Shown here one piece after another: positions 1 through 13,440 of a stretch of DNA of 64,000 nucleotides (its first letter is position 1; every line of letters starts with the position of its first letter). Source of the DNA: Okamejei kenojei (taxonomy: Eukaryota); the NCBI GenBank assembly GCA_035221665.1, contig CM069132.1:66712001-66776000 (forward strand), written 5' to 3'. Made by a program: the position numbers and the translations under genes. The notes beneath the pieces are model-generated. The model ran no database searches and was not told where the DNA came from. It saw nothing but the letters and a program-made list of their open reading frames with translations.

Positions 1-87
1 GGAAAACGGTAGGGGCACAGAGTTGATTAGCCATATTTACATTCAATGGCAGATCAGACTCAAGGGGCTAAATGACTTTTTGTTGTT

Positions 88-1080
88 GTGTAGGAAAGAA
101 CTGCAGATGCTGGTTTAAACCGAAGATAGACACAAAAAGCTGGAGTAACCCAGCAGGACAGGCAGCATCTCTGGAGAGAAGGAATGGGTGACGTTTTGGG
201 TCGAGACCCTTATCAGACTGGTTAGGGTTAAGGGAAACGAGAGATATAGATGATGATGTAGAGAGATAAAGAACAATGAATGACAGATATGCTAAAAAGG
301 TAACAATGATAAAGGAAACTTGCCATTGTTGGCTGTTTTTTGGGTGAAAATTAGAAGTCAGTGCGACTTGAGTAGGGGAGGGATAGAGAGAGAGGGAATG
401 CCAGGCTGCCTGAAGTTAGATAAACCAATATTCATACCACTGGGCTGTAAACTGCCCAAGTGAAATATGAGATAATGTTCCTCCAATTTGCATTTAGCTC
501 ACTCTGACAATGGAGGAGACCTGGGACAGAAAGGTCTGTGTGGGAATGGAAAGGATAATTAAAGTGTTTAGCAGGTTGGTTCACGCGGGCTGAGCGAAGG
601 TGTTCAGCAAAATGACCGCCCTGTCTACGTTTGGTCTCGCCGATGTATAAGAGTCCACATCCTGAACAATGGATACAGTAGTTCTTCTTCGAGTCCACAC
701 ACAAGGGTCTCGACCCGAAACGTCACCTATCTCCTTCGCTCCTTAGATGCTGCTGCACCCGCTGAGTTTCTCCAGCTTTTTGTGTACCCACAAGATTAGA
801 AGTTGTTCAACCAGAGCTGAACACACTTCTCGGCATCTGCATGCAATGGTGTCTGTCTTGCGCTTCCTGTACGTGCATGGTGGTGGAAAGATTGGTGAAA
901 GCAGGGCTAAGACGTGAACGCTCTTTCCTACAGTAGTTGAGGTTGGTGGTGCAAGTGAACCTGTGCCATACGTGAAAGGGCTGCCGGGGTCCCTGGACAG
1001 AGTCGAGGGAGGAGGTATAAGGTCAGTTTCTGCATCTTCTGCGGTTGCAGGGGAAGGAACTGGGGAGGGGGTGGTTTGTT
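88..1080 (-). mobile_element. Penelope-like element, 3' part (GIY-YIG endonuclease fragment plus terminal repeat), interrupted at 684-928
   Basis: ORF 432-704 reads IHCSGCGLLYIGETKRR..FAEHLRS..KHFN, a PLE GIY-YIG. The terminal repeat is at 88-220. Confidence 0.85.
684..928 (-). mobile_element. Short retroposon with GAA tail and 10-bp TSD, containing a Penelope terminal-repeat fragment (about 704-787)
   Basis: TACAGTAGTT at 674-683 and 929-938; (TTC)n at the left end. Confidence 0.7.
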
Positions 1081-1318
1081 CATGTGCAATGATGGTATAG
1101 ATCTTTGTTATGTGGATTTCAGACCTGGCTATGGAGTGAATGGATAATCTTTGCTATACAGTATCCATGCCTTTGATAGGAGCCCTGCAGCAGTGAAGGA
1201 ATCATGACTACTGCTGGGATGAGAGTCATTCATCTGTGTGATAACTGTCTGTGAAAGTACCAGCTACATACATGATGAAAGAGTAGAATCTTTTATCAAC
1301 AAAATTCAGCTGAAACCC

Positions 1319-1448
1319 GGGGTGGGAGATCACGTGGTCCGCCCTGTTTCGGCGAATGTAATCAACCTGGTGTGCACAATCAAATAAGATCAAATAGAAC
1401 AAGTTGTCCTACAGCTTTAGGCTGTGCACACCATACGCAAGAAGAAGA
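1319..1448 (+). mobile_element. 130-bp short retroposon with (GAA)n tail and 11-bp TSD
   Basis: AGCTGAAACCC at 1308-1318 and 1449-1459; ends CGCAAGAAGAAG. Confidence 0.8.
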
Positions 1449-2620
1449 AGCTGAAACCCAAGCAAAATAATATGTAAAAGTCGCCCTCTAACACAATCAG
1501 CAGAGGCTCAGTGGAAGGCACATCTACATTTAAGAAAAACACAAGGTGTAACTTTGCTGAGAGTCACGAGTAGAACTGTATTCCTCAAAGTACAGTGTAA
1601 ACAAAGTTTTTGAATATTTTCTGCCTTTAATAAAGCAAAGGTAGATAAATTCCGGTAAAGATAAGACACACAAGGCTGGAGTAACTCAATGGGTCGGGCA
1701 GCATCTCTGGAGAAAAGCAATAGGTGATGTTTCAGGTCGGGTCGAGACACTTCTTCAGACTCTAGTAAAACAAGGTGGTAAAAAATTACCACAGGTAAAC
1801 AGATCAGTAATAGTCTATTTGTTGGGTAGAGCAGGCTCAGGGATTGACTGCCCTATTCCTACTAATTTGTACACTCATACTATATTACCCAGATGTATAC
1901 AACAGGACCTCCAGCAAACATGTGAACCTGGGGATTTTCTGTCACCTGGTTCCATGTGGCCTGCTTGTTTTCCATCAAAGCTTGCTTTAGGCTCTCATAT
2001 TACACGGTCCAAAGCTGCCACTGCCAGCTTGTAACACTTGGACAAATCTGCATCCAAAACTAACTGAGGTATCACTCTATTTCCGTCACCTCTTCAATCA
2101 TCTTTGTGTTTTAAAAGGTAAAGTGGCAGTATGAAAAAATAGTGGGCTGTACACGCTCATCAACTGACCTATACAGTAATTTATTCCTCAGTGATGGATA
2201 CAAGGACATTCCAAAATTTTAATGTCTCACTAGTTGTCTAAAATCAGAGCCTGGTATCCGATTAAATACATTGTATTTGTGACTTTGAAGTGTTGCAGAT
2301 AGTGCTGAGCAGAGCATGACTAACCTTTTTGAAATTTTGACATGTGGGACATTAACCGCATCGCATGGTGTCAACTAGGTGGAGGTGTTTAAACCCACTT
2401 CCACCAAAGAAAACACCTCTTTTGTTCACAAATTGGTGCAATTATTTAAAGAAAATATTTTTCCATAATTCTACAGTGCAAGGAAATTGCAGATGCAGCA
2501 ACCTTGGGCAAAACACAAAGTGCGAGAGGAACTCAGCAACATCTGTGGAGGGAATGGACAGTTGACATCTTCAGAATTATTGGATCCTAACCAAAATGTC
2601 GCCTGTCCATTCCCTCCACA

Positions 2621-2767
2621 NNNNNNNNNNNNNNNNNNNNNNNNNNNNNNNNNNNNNNNNNNNNNNNNNNNNNNNNNNNNNNNNNNNNNNNNNNNNNNNN
2701 NNNNNNNNNNNNNNNNNNNNNNNNNNNNNNNNNNNNNNNNNNNNNNNNNNNNNNNNNNNNNNNNNNN
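2621..2767. other. Assembly gap (N run)
   Basis: Ns in the sequence. Confidence 1.
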
Positions 2768-3399
2768 TTGGTATATATATAAATAAATCTCACTTTGACG
2801 TAGGATGATTATTGGGGCAGTTGGCTCTCTAAATGAACTGAGGCACAGTGCTTTTACAATAATACCAATAATAATCACATGGCACAGCTTCTGAAGGTAA
2901 CTGTTATCATGTTAAGAATAAGGAAACAGTTATACATTGATACAATACTCATATACTCTAATACTCATACCGCATTATATGCCACTCCAGAGATCTGACC
3001 ACACATCAGTAGGGTGACACACCAGCTTGTTAAGGAGGGAGATCTGCAAAACATCATTTGCAAAAGCTCCATCTATGTTCTTAGGTAAATGCAAAAATCC
3101 TGCAAATTATTTGTTGGAGAATCAAATACACAGGACTAGATGTTAAGAAGTCCCTTGTGCCAGTAGGTGGGGAGCATTTCACGACATTCATTGATTTCTG
3201 AGAGTGGTCGACGCTCAACATCGGGGGGGGGGGGGTACGCATACGTATATCTTGGCCTGGGTAACCTTCAGGACAGTTGGGCACAGGACACATCATCAAT
3301 AGTGTACCCTTGCATCACTAGGTGTTTCGGCCTTTTAACACTGTACACTCTCCACAAGGGCAAATAAGTTGTCTCTCATTTATTTCTCATTGAACCTTA

Positions 3400-3545
3400 A
3401 CTGGTCACCATTACTTTGCTGGTTGTGGAATTTCACTGTGTGCAAATTGGTATCTCTGTTGGTACAACAACCATTACTCATCAAAATTATTTTGATAGCT
3501 GTTATGCGTTTTTGGGATCAGCTGAGATGTTAGAAGGCATAAGAG
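3400..3545 (+). repeat. Degraded 3' part of a Deu-SINE (SacSINE1/AmnSINE1-like)
   Basis: ctggtcaccattactttgctggttgtggaatttcactgtgtgcaaattgg... resembles the Deu-SINE 3' region as I recall it. A similar minus-strand relic lies at about 52480-52650. Confidence 0.5.
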
Positions 3546-5204
3546 AGAAACAAAGGGATCTAAATGAATTATCATGCTCATTTTGTGGCAAGAGGGACCA
3601 GGGATAAAGCTCTATCCCCGCATGCACCTCAATAATCTCCTTTATTTTACAGTGCACTGTCCACTGTAAGCTGCATCTTACTTCACTAATACTTAATGGA
3701 AGGGAGCAGGCAAATAAAGATCCAAAGGTAAAGGCCATGAGCTATATGGCAACTCTTTGCCTCTTGTCAATCTCCACTTACAATGACATTCATCTCCAAA
3801 AATTGGGAAAACTTAAATGGTATTAAATAAAACTTGCCATTTCACAAATTGACAACTACTTTGTTAAGGTTGAGGAAAATCAAGTTCAAAAGGACCAGCT
3901 GAAACCATAAGTAGGTACCAATAATGTTACCCAATTTACTGAAAATACTTTTATTCCAATTATGAATCTCACACAAGTAAACCCTTGTACATAATAAAAT
4001 GATTAATGTTAAGTTTGTTGGGAAATGCTGGCACAACCACAGGAACAACAAATGCTCAGCCAGATACAACTAGATTTTTATATTGCGGGTTGCCAAAGCA
4101 TTAAGGGATTGTTTACTGAAAAAGAAATCACAAAACCGAGTGTACGCATCACTGCCTTGTTTTACAGTTTTTTACAGTTGCTATTTCATTTAAGGGCACA
4201 ATAAATGTTATAAATCACTCCACCGTATTTAAGATGCAATTTTATGACCACTTGTACGATTTCTACTTGCTGCACATTCGGTTCAACAGTGAGGTCTAAA
4301 TCCAACTCCAGAGCATCGTCATGTTACGCCACCAGCTTTGACATTGTTGGCTGGGAATGATCACCGCCACCCATGAAGGTACAATGTATACACTAATGTT
4401 TTTCTCTACACATGCAACAGTGCATAGGTCTCTGGTGGTTTGTTAAGTGCCATTGCCTCATTCAACTGCCCATCATTTACAAGTTAGCCTTGACAATAGC
4501 TGTCAGTGGGCGATTTAGCCACAGGGAGCATTACAATTAAGCTCTTCTGTCCACATCTGAGGTCAACATCTGTGCACTTTCAACAATGATTGCTAAATGG
4601 CAATCAGGAGCAGGAACTTTTCACCTCCCTAACCTGGGGCTCCGAGCACAATTGTGGTGATGTGGAAACAGATAATTGTTAGAACTGGGAACGCGCACGT
4701 CCACAGGGGGTCAGTTTCTCACTGGGTGAACTTGCTAAGCCATAAGAAAGCCTCACATTTACAATAAACATCTACTACCAGCAATCACTCAGAGACAATT
4801 AAGTTAGGAATACCTTTGACATAAAGTTGCCTGATCAGATTCAATTAGGAGATCTGTTCAAAAAACAGCATTTTCAATGCAGTGCAATTATTATACATCA
4901 TATTTATTTTCAGTTGGCTAAATTAATGACCTTGCAACTAAACAGAAACTTTTGAAGTTCTGCAACGGATCAATGTTTCTGTGTAAATGTTTTATTTGGC
5001 CCTGTGTTCAGTGGAGACTTTATACACAAAATGTGAATATGCTGTTTTTTTCTTGATGGGTGCTGCCTGTTTTGTTGTGTGTCTCTGGTTTACTTGTTTT
5101 TATTTCAGATTTTGATATTTGTCACCATAATGCACGTCCTTTTACTCGAACTGGGTGGAGTAACACTGAAATCTGGCAATTTGAAAAAGATAATAGCAAT
5201 AGGG

Positions 5205-5787
5205 GGGCATGGCGGTGCAATGGTAGAGTTGCTGCCTAAAGGGCCTGTCTCACTTTCCCGAGTTATTCACGAATTCTCCTGAGTTATTCACGAATTCTCC
5301 CGAGTTATTCACGAATTCTCCCGAGTTTTCAAACTCACAGAATGTTCGTAACGAGTCCGTAGGAAGCCATAGGAGTCCGTGGTTATATCGTAGAGGCTCG
5401 TTATGCCAGCCATAGGTACTCGGCGCTATTTTTTACTCGTGGACATTTTTCATTAGGCTGGAAAAAAACGTCCCGACTTACCTGATGCCCCGAGTATCTA
5501 CGGCTGGCATTACGAGCCGCTACGATACAGAGACCTGGGTTTGATCCTGACTAAGGGCGCTGTCTGTACGGAGTATGTACATTCTCTCTGTGACTGCGTG
5601 GGTTTCCTCCGGGTGCTCTGGTTTCCTCCCACACTCCAAAGACGTACAGGTTTGTAGGTTAATTGGCTTTGGCAAAAATTGTAAAATTGTCCCTTTTGTG
5701 TAGGAGAGCGATGCTATCTAGGGTGATTGCTGGTCGACGGGGTCTCGGTGGACCGAAAGGTCTGTTTCTGCGTTGTATCTCCAAAAT
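5205..5787 (+). mobile_element. tRNA-derived V-SINE (HE1-like), interrupted by a MITE fragment at 5240-5526
   Basis: A-box-like ggcggtgcaatggtagag, B-box-like ggtttgatcc, core gggtttcctccgggtgctctggtttcctcccacactccaaagac, CR1-like tail. Confidence 0.85.
5240..5526. mobile_element. Harbinger-type MITE fragment (left TIR only) with 21-bp tandem repeats
   Basis: TAA followed by AGGGCCTGTCTCACTT, the same TIR family as 58116 and 59407. About 3 copies of CCGAGTTATTCACGAATTCTC at 5257-5327. Confidence 0.72.
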
Positions 5788-5899
5788 TTAACTGTCTTGA
5801 ACAGTAGGTCAGACTTAACTGCATGTTGAAAATACATTGGAAATCCCCAAATGTAGTTGCACAAAAAATTATTGAAGTAACAGAAAAACTGAATGAGGT

Positions 5900-8800
5900 G
5901 AAGTTAAAAATAAAACAGTTGGTGGTAGCACCTTCACAGAGAAGGTGTGAAATAGGTGAGTGGTTCAGGGGTCCGATAGCCGTGGAGAAGAAGGTTTTGT
6001 TAAGTCTGGATGTCTGAGCTTTCAAACTCTAATATCATCTGCCAGAAAGTAGAAGAGCAAAGAAAAAGTAGAAAAGGCAATTGCCAGGGTGGCTGATGTC
6101 CAACCTTCATGATGTAACACACCGTGAAGAGGGACTGGATGAAAATTGACCAGCCTGTAAAGGACTAAGCTGTGCCCATCTCTCTCTGCACATTCTTGTG
6201 GTCAAGAGTAGAGCAGTTACCACGTTGAGATGCATCCTGTCAGAATACTTGCTGTCACACATTTGTAGAAGTTTGCAAGAATGTTCATGCACATGCCAAA
6301 ACTTTCCAGACACTGAGAAAATACACTTTCTTAATCATCGCATTGCATGACGGGACCTGGTTAGGTTGCTGGTGATACAGATGCCTAGAAACTAGAGGCT
6401 GATAACCATCCCTGCAGCAGCTCTGTTGATAAGGAGAGAGTTGCATACACCACTTCGCTTCCTTAGGGCAACCACCAACTCTACTGTCTTGTTGATGTTA
6501 AGGGCAATGTTGTTGTCCTGACACCATAACACAAAGGTAATGTCATAGAATCGAACCGCATGGAAACAGGCCACTTAGCCCAATTTATCCATACCAATCA
6601 AGATTCTCCATCCAAGCTATTCCCATTTGCCCACTCCCTCTATGCCTTTCCTATCCATATAATTGTGCAAATGTCTTTTAAATTTTATTGTTGTGCCCGT
6701 TACAATAATTTAACATGGCAACTTGTTCCATGTATCCATCAACAGGTCAGTAAAAAACAGGCCCTTCATGTTCCAATTATATCTTTCCCTTTACACCTAT
6801 GCTCTCTAGTTCTTGATTCCATTATCCCTGGGAAAACAATGATGTGCTTTCACTATCGAATCCACTCATGACTTTATACACTTGTATAAAATTACTCCTC
6901 GGCCTCATAGAATATATTATGGTACAGGAACAGGCCTTTTACTGCACTATGTGGCAGATATAAAGTCTAATTAAACTAATCTCTGCATCCATGTGATCCA
7001 TTGCCCTCTATTCTCTGCATATCCATGTGCCTTTCTAAAAATCTCTTAAATGTCACAATCATAGGCAAATGTTGCTGAAAGGAATATGGTCCTAGCCTGT
7101 CCAAACACTTGGTAGAGTTCAGGCATTTGTATCCTGGCAACATCCTCGTAAATCTTCTCTGCACCCATTTCAGCTTAATAGTATATTTCCTCTCACAGGG
7201 TGACCAAAACTGAACACAATACTCCAAGTCTGGCCTCATCAATATCTTTACAACTGCAGCATAATGCCCCAATTTCTGTATTCAATTCCCTGACTGCTGA
7301 AGGCCAGTGTGTCAAAAGCCTCCTTTACCGACCTGCGATATTACTTTCAAGGAACTATGTACTTGTACTCCTAGATCTCTCTGCTCTACAAACTCCCAGG
7401 GCCCTACCATTCATTATGAAGTTCATGTCCTTGTAATGGTTTCCAAAAATGCAACACTTCACACTTATTGGTATTAAGCTCCATTTGTTGATCATCACCC
7501 CACTTATCCAGCTGATTTAACCCACTGTAAATCTTAATAACCATTTTCACTGTCTATGTTATCATCGATTTTAGTGGCATCTGCAAATCATACCTAGTAC
7601 ATCAATAGCCAAATTGCTGAACAGATGACAAACAATGGGCCCAGCACCAACCCAGAGGCACTTCTCTAGTCACAGAGCCCCCATTCAATAATGACCTTCC
7701 ACCATCACCCTCTACTATTAAACCATTTCTGCATTCATTTAACTAGTTCTCCTGGATCCCACAAAATCTAATCTTCTAGAACTGTCTACTAAGTGGAACC
7801 CTATTTAAGACCTTGCTGAAGTCTTGGCTTCACCAACATTCTTGTTTTTGTCATCAAAAAACTCATTAAAATCTGAGAGATGTTGTCCCACACACAAAAC
7901 AATGCTGACTATTCCTAATCAATCCGACTCCAAGTGAGTGCCCATCTTATTCTTCAAAATCCTACCACAGAAATGAAGCTTACTGATCTACTGTTCTTGG
8001 GTTCTCAATCTCTTTGCTGTATTTCAGCTCACTACTGTTGTTGATCTGGCCGACAACGATGATATCATTGGCAAACTTAAGGATCAGGTTGGTGTTGTAC
8101 CTGGCCACACAGTCATGGGTGTACTGAGATTGAAGCAAGAAACTGAGCACACAACCCTGAGGAGTATCAATGCTGTGGGTCACTGTGGAGGAGATGTCAA
8201 GACCAATTCTAATCGACAAGTCTACTGGTCAGGAAATCTAGATGCCAGTTGCAGATGAAGGTCCCAAAGCCAAGGTCCATAAGTTTAGGGGTGAGCTTAC
8301 TCAATGTTATCGTGTTGAATGCTGAGCTAGTTAATGATTAGATTACTTCATTGTTAAGTATCCAGAGCTGAATATAATGCAAGAAAGAAGACTTCCTTCT
8401 TAGACCTATTTTTCTTAAATGAAAATTGCAAGGGGTCAATATTGCCTGGAAGATTGGCACCGATGTGGGCCATTACCAATCTTTGAAGCACATTATTATG
8501 GTTAATATTAAAGCTACTGGGCAGTTGTCTGATATTTTGCTCGGGGACTGGAATTGCGGGGATTTTTTTGAACGAAATGGGGATAGTAAACTGTTGAACA
8601 GAGAGTAGAAGATATTGAAGACCCTGGCATGTTGATTGGCAAATGATTTTAGAACTGGTTTATCCTGGTGAAAGCAGATCTCACCTCTGCCAACAAGGAG
8701 CAGTGGAAAGGGCCAGTGGGAGATGGGCAAGGGGTCACAGGTCTTGACAGAACTTTGTTTACCCCTTTAAAATGGTCATGAGAGACATTGTCATCCATAA

Positions 8801-9900
8801 GAAATGTGTCATTGTCAGATATTGCTCCGGATTTCAGCTTATAGCCAGTGATGGCATTCATGCCTTGCCACAATCGTCTGGCATCTGCTTAACTGAATTG
8901 TGCTTCCAGCTTGTTTGAAAATCCCTGATAGCTTTGCAGAGATCATACTTGGCCTTCTTGAACAGTGCATTGTCATCCTTCTTAAAAAGCTTGACTTCAG
9001 CAGAAATTGAATTTCCCTGTCCATCCAAGGTTGCTGGTTTGGGTGGCCCCTATTTGTCTTTGCCGCAAAGCAGTATTCGGCACATTTCTTGATGAAACCA
9101 ATGATGACCGAGGTATGCTCATTCTGGCTGGATTAAGTGGTCTTGAACATGTTCCAGTCCGCTGACTCAATGTAAATCTGCAATCGACATCTTGGACAAC
9201 TGCTATATTGTTTTTTTTGTTGGTTCCATGCTCTTCAATATTTGTCTATAATCCACCAGGAGTAGCACTGATAGATGATCAGACTGACCAAAATGAGGGG
9301 ATGGGATGGAGTGATAGGCATACTTGATAGTAGTGCAGCAATTGTGAAGATAGTTAATCCCCACGTGGGACAGGAGAAATGCTGCTGGTATTTAGGGAAT
9401 ATGTTCCTGGTGTAAGATTGATTGAAGTCACTGAAGATGACAGGACATTTTGGTTAGCTGTCTTAAGAGCATTAATAACATAGTATATATAATTTGTCCA
9501 ATGCCACCATGGAGATGGCTTAGACTGATATGTAGATTGAAAACAAGGCAATCTACATATCACTCTAAGGTGAATCTCCTCAGTAGATTAAAGGGAACAG
9601 CATTTTACGAACAAGTATTCCTGGGGAGATACTTGTTCTACGAGCATTTTACGAACAAGTAGTCTGGGGAGATGAATTGAACAAAAACAGTCAACATTGA
9701 CCAAAAAGTAGACTGCACAGCCTTTCCTCTTGCCTATGGTTTGTGTATGGTCCATATGATAAATGAAGAAGCCCTCAGGTCATAGAGCAGGGCTAGGCGA
9801 GTCAAGGGTGAGGTATGGTTCAGTAAAACAAAGAACTCAGCAGTCCCTCCTCTCCCTTTAAAGCAGCAGTTTTGTTAGCTCTTCAAGCTTAGTCTCGAGT
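5900..9900 (-). mobile_element. Degraded Rex1/Babar-like LINE, split by a CR1 insertion
   Basis: Collinear minus-strand fragments WQGMNAITGYK, PQGCVLS..YTHDCVA..LKFANDIIVVG and CQDNNIALNINKTVELVV. Confidence 0.8.
6540..7975 (-). mobile_element. Degraded CR1/HER1 LINE pieces nested in the Rex1-like LINE
   Basis: RPDLEYCVQFWSP...VQRRFTRMLPG (ORF 6976-7272); CR1 3' tail near 6545. Confidence 0.8.
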
Positions 9901-12559
9901 CTTTGAACGTTTGCGAAGTATGCTGGGGAGGTGGGAGGGTGCCAGGATCTCCATCATATTAGCAAACTGCCAAACTTTGTGGTTTTGTTGATACTAACAG
10001 CTGTGCGGGTAGCATCTGGTCTAATTTGTGTATTAATGGCATTCCTTCAGATCCCTCTTTCATTTCCCGCTGCAGTTTATTTCCCACTGCATCAGATTTC
10101 ATTACAATCCTTGCAAAATTCCGATGTTTGGCATTCACAGTTGAATTTATTGATGCATCTATTATTAATGTATACCACTTACTCAAATAGTTTCACTTGC
10201 ACAGTTAGTTTTATTACACCCTGGTGTAATTGACAATAAACTGATATGAATCCTAATCTTGAAGCTGTGGGCTCTGGAGGCAATATAGAATCCCCCAATA
10301 TAGAATACATTTTGAAAGCCCCATAATTTAAATAAAACAGTTTCCAAGTCAATATAAAAGTTAGATGACAGTACATAATAGCGAGTCAGACCTTGCAGGG
10401 AAACATTAGGATTTCAACATTTCTCATCATAATTGCTGTGGTTGCAGATTCCCGCATGTAAGCAGAGCATCAAACGTACCGAGTGTTGCTTCCTCATGAT
10501 TTCCTGACTGTGCTTGACCACACCTGCACAGCGCAAACATGCATCATTTGACAACTGGGTCAGTCTAGGAGTACACTGACAATGAGGTGAATAGTTGGGG
10601 GGGTGGAAGGGGGAATGCTTGATCCTACTGAATTACTGCATAAACTAGCAGCGAAAATAGACTGCTTATTGCTGGTAGCATGTTTTGCCCCAATATTTCA
10701 CAGCGAAAGATATGCAGAGGTGGGACTCTGGGACTCTGCATAGCCTGTACCGTTTCAGGCCTTGGACCAAGATTGGTGGTGCTGGTGTATCCCATAGTGC
10801 AAAGTTTGTGTGACCCGACTGCAGAGACTTTGGTAAGATTATGGTCATCAATTTATGTACATGGAGGTAAATAATCAATTCCTGAATGACAGATAAAGAG
10901 TACACTTTGGCAATATTGGAAAAATATCCTTCCTTTTGAAGGGAATTAAAGAATTAAAGAGGAACCTTTTCTTCCAGAAGGTCATACCTTTGGAATTTTC
11001 TACCTTGGATTAATCACTAGATACATTCAAGGACAAGACAGGATTTTGATCCATGGGGAAGTAAAAGGCATGGGGAAGATGCAGGGAAGTGGAGCCTAGG
11101 TCATTGTCTCTGGGCATCAAGTTGCCCAAGGCTAGTGGAACAAATACCTGATGCAGTGTATAGTTACTCAGTCTATTATTGCTGGGGTTTATGATCCTCA
11201 AAGACCGCAGTTGGACAGTGGCTGCTTTCAGTAACAAGAGCAGACATTGCTTTAGATGACGGAAGTTCACCATCAAAAGTGCACACATCAAAACTGAAGC
11301 TTGGTCGGGACTTTAATTTCCACCCATACTTAACACAACCCATATGTACTTTGATCTATATCTCAAGGGAGCCTTTTAGTTTTGCCAACACACTGGATGC
11401 ACATTGTCAAGCGATGCTACACACATTCACTTTGTTCTTCAATGGAAAGTGAATCCAAGCGACTTTTAACTGTTTCCAATTAAAGTACATTAGTTTTGAT
11501 TATCTAATAATTTATTGGGTCGCATTCATGTGTATACATCTCCACCAGTGAAGTGACTTGAACATTAAATTTCCTTTGTTTCACTTGGATTTGTTCCTTT
11601 TGCAGCTAATGTGTGTTTAACTCCACTTTTGCAAGGTAGGTTACGCAGAAGATTAACGATGGACGATAAAGCCAAAGCACTGATGGAAATATTATGCCCA
11701 CGACCTTGGTGTCACATTTGAACAGGTTTTGTAGCCTTTTTGGATAGAGGGAGAAATATGAATTATTGTTTCATGTGAAGCCCATGGCAAAGGGCATTGA
11801 CCTGAAGCACTAACTTTCTTTCTCCTACACCTGCTGCCAAACGTTTCCACTTTTCCGCGTTTCTAAATTCAGATTTTTTTATTGTCTGCAGTATTTTATT
11901 TTGTATCACATAATGAGGATAATTTTTAAGCCACGTGACTGTTACTAATAATACAGACTGATATCATTATAGTATCAGTGACTTTAGCTGCTGCAACAAT
12001 TGCTCATTCATCATTCAACATCTGATCAGCACTGTGCTAAAAAGGGTATAGAAAGAGGCTTTGAGGGACAGACGTCAGCATGAAAATTGGTTCCCATTAT
12101 ACAACATGACGCCGATTAAGTACACACTGGTTTTAAGCAAAGTAGAAACAAGGAACTGCAGATGCAGGTTAATAAAGGAGGACATAATGTGCTGGAGTAA
12201 CTCAGTGGCTCATAAAGCATCCCTGGAGAATATGAATAGTTGACTTTTCAAGTTGGAACCCTTCTTCAAACTGAAGGTCTGAAGGAGGGTCCCATCCCAA
12301 AACATAACCCATCCATGCTCACCAGGGATGCTGTCTGACCCGCTAAGTTACTGTTAATGCACAAAAATAATCCACTGGATTCATTTCTGGAGGACCTCAG
12401 AAGGACAATACGAGTATTGGTTGTCAGAGTTGGTATTTCTCCAATGCAGTGTTAAACTACGATCCCGGTCATCTTTTCAGATTTGTTTCACTTTCCTTAT
12501 CATTCATGTTTTGGGAGAGGACTGTCAGTGGTAATGCCAAGAGTTATTGGCTGTCTCAC

Positions 12560-13440
12560 AGGTAGATGGTAACGTGTCAATTTCTTGCAATGATGCAGCC
12601 CTTCTGGTAAAGGTACTCATGGAGTGATGATGGATTAGCAGCTACAAGATTCTGACTCGGCACCAAAGAAGAAATGGCAATATATTGCCAAGTCGTACCT
12701 AATGGTAGCAGTGAAAAAAGGGCTGACGGAGATCTTTGATGACAGATGCCGCCTTCTTGAGGCAGCACTTCGTTCAGATGCTTTTAAATGATGGTGTGGG
12801 CTGAACCCACCACTTTTTGCAGCTTCTTGCCTGCATGTGTGTTGAAACCACACAAATAGGATATCAGTCAGGATACAATGCATCTGTAGACATTTGCTAG
12901 AGTATTTGTTGTCTTAAGCAGCTAATGTACATTTAAACCCCTTATGCAAGTTAGAATGAACTTCCTGAAAGTTTGAAGAAAGTAAGAGGCACTAGCGCAC
13001 CTGCTTCTTGATTACATCCATGTGCTGGGTCCAGCACAGGTCAACTGAGATGTTAACACCCAGGAATTTGAAGCTGTTAATTCTGTTCACCACTGACTAC
13101 TGATGAAAACTGGCACTTGGTCTCCCTTCTTCCCCTTTCTGTAGTCAATGATTAGTTCTTGGGTTTGTTGATATTGAACAAGAGGTTGTTAATGCAGCAC
13201 CACTCAGCCATCTCTCCATGCTGTCCCATGATTTAGCCAGCAAAAGAGATGTAATCTACAAAGTTATAGATTGCATTGGAGCAATGCTTAGCCACACCTT
13301 CAAGGGTGTAAAAAGTAGAGCACACAGTCTTGAGGTGGACCTGTATTGATGATCAATGAGGAAATGTTGTTACTAATCTGCATAGCCTTGAGTTGGACCT
13401 GCGTTGATGATCAATTTAGAAAATGTTGCTACTGATCTGC
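12560..13440 (-). mobile_element. Degraded Rex1-like LINE 3' fragment
   Basis: DNA similarity to the 3' region of the copy at 60170-60800 (e.g. tgcctcaagaaggcggcatc). Confidence 0.6.

Noticed and set aside
2471-2878. ORFs spanning N runs (also 55161-55587)
   Set aside because: Artefacts of translating assembly gaps.
5257-5327. CRISPR-like direct repeats
   Set aside because: Head-to-tail tandem copies with no spacers, inside a MITE in a eukaryotic genome.
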